A DNA stretch of 64,000 nt, from IMG/VR virus record IMGVR_UViG_3300028534_000013, positions 57,868 through 121,867 of that record; one strand, 5' to 3'. The position numbers and the translations under genes are program-made. The notes below the pieces were generated by a model, which was not told where the DNA came from, made no database searches, and saw nothing but the letters and a program-made list of their open reading frames with translations. Each line of letters begins with the position of its first letter. The stretch's first letter is position 1. Positions 50,991 through 56,924 of the stretch are shown in pieces. This DNA is from a virus.

Positions 50991-51290
50991 TTAGCAATGT
51001 GTTTGCATTAATTTATCTGCTTTTTGTAGCACGTTTTGATAACCGTGTTGAGCTGCCCTTATTTTGGCCGCTTTTAACATTTTGCAACTTATTTTACCTG
51101 TGTTTGGGTTTACGATAGGGAATTTTTTCTCACCAGGAAGAAGAAAAGCATTTGGACCATGTTTTTCCAACAAATGTTCCCTCACACTGGTTTTGTGAAT
51201 TTTTTCTTTAAGCGTTTGTCCAAACTTTAAAGCCTTAGGGCTTCTAGGGTTTTGAAATGCTATTTTTTCTACGGCTATTTTGTACAACAT
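50991..51290 (-). CDS. Small basic K-x-A protein (MLYKIAVEKIAF...FLLPGEKKFPI)
   Basis: Start moved to the ATG at 51290 (AAAGGAAATGTT RBS; TGATACAAT promoter at 51311-51319). Confidence 0.7.
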   Translation of the reverse strand: MLYKIAVEKIAFQNPRSPKALKFGQTLKEKIHKTSVREHLLEKHGPNAFLLPGEKKFPIVNPNTGKISCKMLKAAKIRAAQHGYQNVLQKADKLMQTHC

Positions 51291-51359
51291 AACATTTCCT
51301 TTTTTTGATAATTGTATCATTTTTACAGACAAATGGCAAAGTCGGGAAAAATAACCACG

Positions 51360-51379
51360 TTTCGTGGTATGTATATATG
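51360..51379 (+). promoter_or_regulatory. Phage-type promoter motif TTTCGTGGTATGTATATATG
   Basis: Repeated 20-mer upstream of a plus-strand cassette gene. Confidence 0.7.
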
Positions 51380-51442
51380 AAAGAGAGATTTTGGGCTTAC
51401 TCTCTATAATAAAAAAGTCGATTTTAATTAAAAGGCAAAGCT

Positions 51443-51592
51443 ATGAGAAATATTCTAGTAGTGAACGGTGTAGTGTATGTAAGTACAAGAGAAAATTTGA
51501 AAAAGTTGCAAAAAAAATTAGGCGGAGTCATCAATCCTCCTAAATGGGTGTGTAACCCGTTTAAAGGTGGATGGAAGATAGTTTCCGTCTAA
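51443..51592 (+). CDS. 49-aa protein MRNILVVNGVVYVSTRENLKKLQKKLGG... (not in the ORF track)
   Basis: AATTAAAAGG RBS module, downstream of the promoter motif. Confidence 0.7.
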   Translation: MRNILVVNGVVYVSTRENLKKLQKKLGGVINPPKWVCNPFKGGWKIVSV

Positions 51593-51615
51593 TCTTTTCT
51601 CTCTATTTTTTTTGG

Positions 51616-51939
51616 TTACTGTTTTTTTCTTAATTTTTTTAAAACTTTTTTATTTTTTTCATATTCTTTGTCAGTCCATCCGGTGAAAGGGTTAATTGCG
51701 TTCTCATTTTTTGAATGTTTGGCTGCTGCGTGCGCCATTCTGTTTCTGTGTAGCTCCATATTGAATCTTGTCAAAGGGTCATTCCCCATAAATGCATATC
51801 CTAAAAAAGGGTGTTTCTCGCCGTATTGTTTTCTAGCTTTTAACATTCTTTCTGTTTTTTCGCTTTCAGCGGCATAATCATGTGCATCTAATTTATGTCC
51901 AGCTCTTGTAACTGCAAACGCCAATTTATATAGCCCCAT
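51616..51939 (-). CDS. Small basic K-x-A protein (MGLYKLAF...)
   Basis: AAAAGGA RBS; TGGTTTAAT promoter at 51964-51972. Confidence 0.7.
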   Translation of the reverse strand: MGLYKLAFAVTRAGHKLDAHDYAAESEKTERMLKARKQYGEKHPFLGYAFMGNDPLTRFNMELHRNRMAHAAAKHSKNENAINPFTGWTDKEYEKNKKVLKKLRKKQ

Positions 51940-51992
51940 TTTAATTCCTTTTTATTTTTTATAATTAAACCATTTTTTAAAAAAAAAATCAA

Positions 51993-52012
51993 TTTCACGG
52001 TATATATAAATG
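51993..52012 (+). promoter_or_regulatory. Phage-type promoter motif TTTCACGGTATATATAAATG
   Basis: Repeat copy upstream of the radical SAM gene. Confidence 0.7.
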
Positions 52013-52051
52013 GAGCAGGCCATAATCCTGTAAAAAATTAAAAGGACGAAA

Positions 52052-52867
52052 ATGAAAACAAAAATTTTAAAATACGGGAAAAAAATATGTGGAGAAACAA
52101 GAAAAGCCGACTTCCTGAGAGCTTTCGAAAGAGAAGTTGAAACTACTAGAATTTTTAGCTTTGGGGCGTGCAATTTTCACTGCCCGTATTGCAAAAGAGA
52201 TTGTCAGCTTGTAGATACAAACGGCAACCCAATTCGTGCAGAAGAGGTCCCATTTGAAGAGGTGCTAGCTGTGGTTGATGATGCTGTAGCAAAAGAGCAA
52301 AGAGTGAGGTTGTCAGGAGGGGACCCAGTTATGTTTCCAAAAGAGAGCCTTGCCATAGCTAAATATGCTATAGATAAGTATGGGCAAAAAATTAGCATTG
52401 CCCACAATGGTTCAGGTATGAGATATGTTAAATCTCTTGCCCCTTACCTGGACTATGCGGCAATTGACCTTAAGGGGCATGACGGAGAGGAGCTTGCAAT
52501 GAGAGCAGGTATACCTGAAAAGACTGGAGATAAAATGCTGAAAAGCACTCTTGCGGTTCAGGATTACCTTGCATCTCAAGGGGTACTGGTGGACGTAAGA
52601 ACACCAGTGTTCGACACAACCACTCTTGACAATCTACATAGTATGGCAGAACAAATTGTCAAAGGGGGAGTAGAGAATAAGTTCTGGACCCTCAGAAAAT
52701 ATAATCCGGTTCGCTGGATTGACTGGGGGACAATTCCTCAGGAGACTCTGCTCCAATACGCTGAAATTCTCAGCAAGGAGTTCCCAGAGCTTCCTATAGG
52801 GCTTCGCCTAAAATGGAGTGGGGGAGCAAAAGAATTTATAATTTTAAAAGGAGGCAAAAGAATATAG
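52052..52867 (+). CDS. Radical SAM protein (PflA/NrdG-like activase family)
   Basis: CNFHCPYC [4Fe-4S] motif, RLSGGDP, IAHNGS, AIDLKG, DVRTP; GC content visibly higher than the flanks. Confidence 0.9.
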   Translation: MKTKILKYGKKICGETRKADFLRAFEREVETTRIFSFGACNFHCPYCKRDCQLVDTNGNPIRAEEVPFEEVLAVVDDAVAKEQRVRLSGGDPVMFPKESLAIAKYAIDKYGQKISIAHNGSGMRYVKSLAPYLDYAAIDLKGHDGEELAMRAGIPEKTGDKMLKSTLAVQDYLASQGVLVDVRTPVFDTTTLDNLHSMAEQIVKGGVENKFWTLRKYNPVRWIDWGTIPQETLLQYAEILSKEFPELPIGLRLKWSGGAKEFIILKGGKRI

Positions 52868-52878
52868 CCTCTTTTTTT
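52846..52878 (+). terminator. Intrinsic terminator after the radical SAM gene
   Basis: GAGGC/GCCTC stem followed by T7. Confidence 0.55.
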
Positions 52879-52880
52879 GT

Positions 52881-53102
52881 TTACAATAATTGACTACCGG
52901 CTATTCCACCAACAAGGCCAGCAATCCCACTTTCTAATCCAGTTGTATGTGTTCCCCTAAAACCTAATTTGTGTGCCCCAGCTACAGCTAAGCCTGACGC
53001 AACACCTTTAAACAACTTAGACTTAAAAAACGAATTCTTGTTTTTGTTTTGCTGTATTTTTTCTGCAGCTATTTTATATAATTTTAGCAAAGAATACTCC
53101 AT
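52881..53102 (-). CDS. Small K-x-A protein with Gly-zipper C-terminus, cut off from its promoter/RBS
   Basis: LYKIAAEKI...GVASGLAVAG...GIAGLVGGIAG; no RBS immediately upstream. Confidence 0.65.
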   Translation of the reverse strand: MEYSLLKLYKIAAEKIQQNKNKNSFFKSKLFKGVASGLAVAGAHKLGFRGTHTTGLESGIAGLVGGIAGSQLL

Positions 53103-53164
53103 CTAAAATACGAAGTAATTAGGTGGAGATGAATTTGCTATACACGAAGTGTATTATCTATTAC

Positions 53165-53193
53165 TTGACACTTTAGATAAAATTTAGTAATAT
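53165..53193 (+). promoter_or_regulatory. Canonical sigma70 promoter TTGACA-17-TAATAT for tnpB
   Basis: TTGACA at 53165-53170, 17-nt spacer, TAATAT at 53188-53193; ATG at 53200. Confidence 0.65.
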
Positions 53194-53199
53194 ACCAAT

Positions 53200-54297
53200 A
53201 TGTATTCCTACAAATTCAGAATATACCCAAAGAAAGAAATAGCAGAGTTGTTAATAAAATGGTTTGGATGTAGTAGATATGTGTGGAATTGGGGATTAGA
53301 CAGAAAAACTCAACACTATAAAGAAACAGGAAAATCCCTCTCATATCTACAATTAGCCAATGAATTAACTCTTTTAAAGAGGGAACAAACTTGGCTAAAA
53401 GAAGCACCATCTCAACCATTGCAACAGGTGCTTAAACAACTTGAAACTGCATTTGCAAAATTTTTTGAAAGGAAGGCTGGGTATCCTAAATTCAAATCCA
53501 AGAAGAACTCAACTCAATCCTTGCAAATTCCTCAGGGATTTAAAATTGAAGAGAATAAATTATATCTTCCAAAATTAAGAAAAGAACCTATAAAAATAAA
53601 ATTACATAGAAAAATCAAAGGCAATATCAAACGCATTGTAGTGTCTATGAATAAGATAGGTCAGTTTTTTGTATCAATTATAACTGACTATACTCCTGAA
53701 AAACTTCCTAAATCTAACAAAAAGATAGGGATAGATTTGGGATTAAAGCATTTTCTAATAACAAGCGACGGTAGAAAAATTCCACTACCTAAATGGTTTA
53801 AAAAAACTGAAATTCTAATTAAGAGAGTTCAAAGAAAGTTATCAAGAAAACAGAAAGGAAGTAAGAGATATGAAAAGGTTAGACAAAGATTAGCTAAACT
53901 TCAATTAAAAGTATCTAATCAAAGATTAGACTTCTTGCACAAACTTTCAAAACAGCTGATAGACGAAAACCAAGTCATAGCTATTGAGAGTTTGTGTATT
54001 AAAGGAATGATTAGAAATCATAAACTAGCTAAATATATTGCAAATGCAAGCTGGGGTAAATTCACTGAACTACTTAAATATAAAGCTAAATGGTATGGTA
54101 GAACTGTAGTGTCAGTAGATAGATTTGCCCCAACTTCAAAAATGTGCAACAAATGTGGATACATCAAACAAGACCTTAAACTCTCTGATAGAGCTTGGAC
54201 CTGCCCAAGATGTGGAACTTTCCACGATAGAGATATTAACGCTGCTCAAAACATTCTTGAGTTAGCGTTAACTACCGCTGGAACAGCGGGAAGTTAG
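53200..54297 (+). CDS. tnpB: TnpB RNA-guided endonuclease
   Basis: N-terminal HTH YKFRIYP...FGCSRYVWN; RuvC triad GIDLG / AIESL / DRDINAA intact; CNKCG...CPRCG Zn ribbon. Confidence 0.95.
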   Translation: MYSYKFRIYPKKEIAELLIKWFGCSRYVWNWGLDRKTQHYKETGKSLSYLQLANELTLLKREQTWLKEAPSQPLQQVLKQLETAFAKFFERKAGYPKFKSKKNSTQSLQIPQGFKIEENKLYLPKLRKEPIKIKLHRKIKGNIKRIVVSMNKIGQFFVSIITDYTPEKLPKSNKKIGIDLGLKHFLITSDGRKIPLPKWFKKTEILIKRVQRKLSRKQKGSKRYEKVRQRLAKLQLKVSNQRLDFLHKLSKQLIDENQVIAIESLCIKGMIRNHKLAKYIANASWGKFTELLKYKAKWYGRTVVSVDRFAPTSKMCNKCGYIKQDLKLSDRAWTCPRCGTFHDRDINAAQNILELALTTAGTAGS

Positions 54298-54427
54298 GCT
54301 CGTGGAGGTAGCTCTGACGGGGTTAACCTCTTAGGTTGGCTAGTCATCTACCGATGAAGCGAGAAGCTCCCTCTATAACTAGTTAGAGTTTAGAGGGAGT
54401 AGTTCACATAACACACGTCTTCCTTTT
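54265..54427 (+). ncRNA. Predicted TnpB omega/reRNA scaffold plus guide (guide about 54408-54427)
   Basis: Typical ACCGCTGGAACAGCGGGAAG...GCTCGTGGAG...GATGAAGCGAGAAGC...TCAC right-end sequence; boundaries approximate. Confidence 0.7.
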
Positions 54428-54434
54428 TTTAATA

Positions 54435-54443
54435 ATTGTATCA
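54435..54443 (-). promoter_or_regulatory. Orphan TGATACAAT promoter with AAAGGAAG RBS pointing into the tnpB right end
   Basis: Near-identical to the module upstream of 51290; the adjacent ATG is immediately followed by TGA inside the element end. Confidence 0.65.
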
Positions 54444-54471
54444 TTTTTCAAAAAAAAGGAAACTATTAACG

Positions 54472-54491
54472 TTTCACGGTATGTATATATG
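54472..54491 (+). promoter_or_regulatory. Phage-type promoter motif TTTCACGGTATGTATATATG
   Basis: Repeat copy. Confidence 0.7.
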
Positions 54492-54541
54492 AGTGAAAGA
54501 GTTTACGGTCTCTAAAATCGTAAAAAATTAAAAGGATTAAA

Positions 54542-55000
54542 ATGTTTGAAGTAATAGCAAATTCTTTAGATTTCACGGTAAATCTTATGGCTTTTACAGC
54601 AGCGGTTGTTTATGGTTTTAAATATTTTAAAGCAAAAAAAGCGAGATTAAGTCTAGCTCAAGATGGGTATGTTTGGGTTGTAATTCAGGTAGGACATCCA
54701 GTGGTGGCGGTTTTCAAAGAACAATTCAAAACCGAACCGGATTACATAATTGACCCTGAAATTGAACTTGGTCATTTAGTTATATCTGGAACAAAAGATT
54801 ATCAAAAGATAATTAAAAGATTCAGGGATATACTAAAAGCCAACCAGGATAAAGAAATCAGGGTCATCACATCTGGGCCTACGGCTTTAAATGCGTTGCT
54901 TGGGCAAGCCGCAGGACCTCAATATGATGTAGTATGGTATCAATGGGATTTGGCTACGAAAAATTATAACCCCATTCCCCCATATGCAGGTTTACTGTAA
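54542..55000 (+). CDS. N-terminal TM plus SAVED/CARF-like single-lobe domain
   Basis: TM LMAFTAAVVYGF; C-terminal EIRVITSGPTALNALLGQ...VVWYQWD...YNP resembles the SAVED C-terminal signature (H-h-F..P..LA..LG...h-Y...Y.P). Confidence 0.5.
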   Translation: MFEVIANSLDFTVNLMAFTAAVVYGFKYFKAKKARLSLAQDGYVWVVIQVGHPVVAVFKEQFKTEPDYIIDPEIELGHLVISGTKDYQKIIKRFRDILKANQDKEIRVITSGPTALNALLGQAAGPQYDVVWYQWDLATKNYNPIPPYAGLL

Positions 55001-55024
55001 ATAAAAAAATTAAAAGGATAAAAA

Positions 55025-55099
55025 ATGTTAATAGGTGGAATATGTTTTTTTGGCGGAATGTTTATATTTCTTATGTGGAATTTAACGAGAGAGGTGTAG
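55025..55099 (+). CDS. 24-aa hydrophobic micro-ORF MLIGGICFFGGMFIFLMWNLTREV
   Basis: AATTAAAAGGA RBS module; ends 1 nt before the next ATG. Confidence 0.6.
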   Translation: MLIGGICFFGGMFIFLMWNLTREV

Positions 55100-55100
55100 C

Positions 55101-56051
55101 ATGAAAGTATTTTTAGCAAAAAACCTGAAAGAGGCAATTAGTGTAGCAGAGGAAGAAAAAACAAAAGGAGCTTTCGTTGTGGCTGTTGAAGCAGAGTGGG
55201 GAGATGAAGCGCTGGAATCACCTTACGCAGATATAGCTCTAAACCATCACGGGTCAAGGGCGTCTAACCCGTGTCCAAGCGAAATTGGAATTGTAGCACC
55301 ACAAGTGGTTGAGCTATGTAAAAAACATAAAAACAAAACTTACATAGTAAGCCACATAGACGCCGATACAATATTTGGAATTATGTGGTGCGAGGGGCTG
55401 TTTGACGCTGAAAAAGGATACGCTCCCGATTTAGTTCAAATAGCCAAAATGGTGGCGTTTACAGATAAGAACGGGCGTCACATAGCGATGAGTGAATTAG
55501 AAGCTTTAAACGATACAGATGCTTTTAAAAAGTGGCTCTCACTCGGGTTACTATTTAGCAGAAACGCCATATCATTTAAAGGGGATATATCTGAACATGT
55601 GGCTAAAATAATATATGCCGCATCTCAGATTATATTCTCAAAAAACATCAAAGAGAGCCAAATATACAAAGAGGCTCTCGAATGGGAAGCAGGCAAAGCT
55701 AAAAGCGCAAAAGAGGCAATCACATACAAAGACGATATTTTATTGGGGTTTGCCTCTAAAAAATTTATGTGCGACAATTATGCGTTGTTTGCGGATGAAG
55801 ACGGTATTGTAAGAAAAATAATCATCCAGTATGACTTGCATAATAAATCCATATTATTGGCCGCATATGACGCAAAGACGGCACAGGATTTTTTCGGTAA
55901 AAAAGGAGTAGTAGGGCCACTACAAGATTTTTTTGGAAATGAGGCAGGCGGCCATATCGCTATCGGAGGAAGCCCTAGAAATAAGCCTATGAAATGGCAA
56001 GATTATAAAAAATTTCTCAAATTCATTAAAAGCAAAATTTGGGAAAAATAA
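55101..56051 (+). CDS. Putative circularly permuted DHH-like phosphoesterase
   Basis: LNHHG precedes VSHIDADT (reverse of the usual RecJ/DHH order); later D..G; C-terminal AGGHIAIGGSP resembles the DHHA1 GGGH motif. Confidence 0.55.
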   Translation: MKVFLAKNLKEAISVAEEEKTKGAFVVAVEAEWGDEALESPYADIALNHHGSRASNPCPSEIGIVAPQVVELCKKHKNKTYIVSHIDADTIFGIMWCEGLFDAEKGYAPDLVQIAKMVAFTDKNGRHIAMSELEALNDTDAFKKWLSLGLLFSRNAISFKGDISEHVAKIIYAASQIIFSKNIKESQIYKEALEWEAGKAKSAKEAITYKDDILLGFASKKFMCDNYALFADEDGIVRKIIIQYDLHNKSILLAAYDAKTAQDFFGKKGVVGPLQDFFGNEAGGHIAIGGSPRNKPMKWQDYKKFLKFIKSKIWEK

Positions 56052-56056
56052 CTACA

Positions 56057-56076
56057 TTTCGTGGTATGTATATATG
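56057..56076 (+). promoter_or_regulatory. Phage-type promoter motif TTTCGTGGTATGTATATATG
   Basis: Part of a 48-nt repeat (56041-56088 vs 51344-51391, 3 mismatches). Confidence 0.72.
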
Positions 56077-56079
56077 AAA

Positions 56080-56185
56080 GGGAGATTTGCGACCTATGGC
56101 GCCCGTGAGGGGTAAAACAAATTTCCCTAAGCAAGGCAAGAGCCATAGGCAGGGTATGCCCTAACCCTGATGCCAAATAGGGTAA
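56080..56185 (+). ncRNA. Structured, pseudoknotted 5' leader RNA of unknown class
   Basis: Stems 56080-89/56118-27, 56093-100/56142-49, CCC-GTGA-GGG and 56150-55/56164-69. Confidence 0.45.
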
Positions 56186-56207
56186 AAATCAAATTAAAAG
56201 GACGAAA

Positions 56208-56411
56208 ATGAAATACACATTAAAAAATCTAAAAGTAAACTTCGGTGTAGATAATGGTGACAACAGTGTAATTACAGGTGCTAAAAATGAACTACATGGC
56301 GAGTTACTTATTGAAGAGTTGGAGATTGAATATAGTGCGGAAGAGTTTAAAGAGCTTATTGGAGTCGCAAAAGACGCAATCTCAATCATAAAAGAGCTAC
56401 GCAATCTTTAA
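56208..56411 (+). CDS. Small acidic hypothetical protein
   Basis: 67 aa with an AATTAAAAGGACGAAAATG start module. Confidence 0.75.
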   Translation: MKYTLKNLKVNFGVDNGDNSVITGAKNELHGELLIEELEIEYSAEEFKELIGVAKDAISIIKELRNL

Positions 56412-56415
56412 GATT

Positions 56416-56562
56416 GCTGCTCTGCTTTGAGTTCATTAAGGTGAATTGAAAGCAGCGTAAACGCCCGCCCGAGCCTATAATCGGGTCTGACCGCCAACCG
56501 GAGCGGGTTAATCCGGTCCTTGCACAGAATTCATTGCGGTGAATTGTATGCAGGGAAACCTG
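56416..56562 (+). ncRNA. Structured intergenic RNA with twin related hairpins
   Basis: GAGTTCATTAAGGTGAATTG (56429-48) and GAATTCATTGCGGTGAATTG (56527-46) cap two long stems; CAGG-GAAA-CCTG hairpin. Confidence 0.4.
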
Positions 56563-56586
56563 TAAATAAAAATTAAAAGGACGAAA

Positions 56587-56922
56587 ATGAAATTTGTAAA
56601 TCTAACGCCACATACAATAAAAATTGTAGCATTAGCTACAGACGGAAAAGAAATAGTAGTAGAACCAAGTGGAACAATTGCAAGAGTTGAAACTATTGAA
56701 AAAGTTATAGCAGAGGTTGACGGAATTCCAATCGTTAAAAGAACTTTTGGTGAAGTTAAAGGAATTCCTGCTCCGGAAGAAGGAGTGGGGTATATTGTCT
56801 CAGCTATGGTATTATCAGCTGTAAAAGGGCGCATAGATGTTTACGCCCCTGACACTGGTAGTACAGCTATCAGAAATGATAAGGGACAGATTGAAGCGGT
56901 GACCAGACTAGTAAGAGCTTAA
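56587..56922 (+). CDS. NLTPH-family protein, candidate Crn4-like ring nuclease/anti-CRISPR
   Basis: VNLTPH.I...PSG.IARV...IP.P.EG..YIVS...R.DV.APDTG..AIR..KGQI; family link recalled, not searched. Confidence 0.55.
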   Translation: MKFVNLTPHTIKIVALATDGKEIVVEPSGTIARVETIEKVIAEVDGIPIVKRTFGEVKGIPAPEEGVGYIVSAMVLSAVKGRIDVYAPDTGSTAIRNDKGQIEAVTRLVRA

Positions 56923-56924
56923 GC

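Larger units (their letters stand above)
53103..54407 (+). mobile_element. IS200/IS605-superfamily solo tnpB element (IS1341-like, no tnpA)
   Basis: tnpB CDS; right end GAAGCTCCCTCTA...TAGAGGGAGTAGTTCAC (hairpin 54367-54399, ends at TCAC 54407). The left end is inferred at 53101 or 53103. Confidence 0.85.

Noticed and set aside
53129-53176. 15-aa ORF MNLLYTKCIIYYLTL as a tnpA remnant
   Set aside because: No HUH or Tyr motif; it overlaps the tnpB promoter.
53103-54407. IStron (self-splicing tnpB element) that would rescue the interrupted gene
   Set aside because: The element is antisense to the interrupted gene, and the roughly 100 nt before tnpB is too short for a group I core.
51344-56088. 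Repeated 20-48-nt elements as a CRISPR array or mini-array
   Set aside because: Spacing is irregular (0.6-2.5 kb) with whole genes in between; the repeats are not palindromic and sit at promoter positions; no cas genes.
56080-56150. Known self-cleaving ribozymes (HDV/theta, pistol, hammerhead, twister)
   Set aside because: No L3 YCC/GG P1.1 pair; CCCTAAGC is present but the pistol P1 loop is not; CTGATGC is not the CUGANGA core. Kept only as an unclassified structure.
56455-56520. c-di-GMP-I (GEMM) riboswitch, tempting given the GGDEF gene
   Set aside because: Only partial resemblance (GGTCT...AGCGGG); the P1 GNRA hairpin and GCAAA junction are absent.
56587-56922. AcrIII-1 (DUF1874) assignment
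   Set aside because: Lacks the AcrIII-1 YLxNAFS and GH motifs; the motif set fits the NLTPH family instead.
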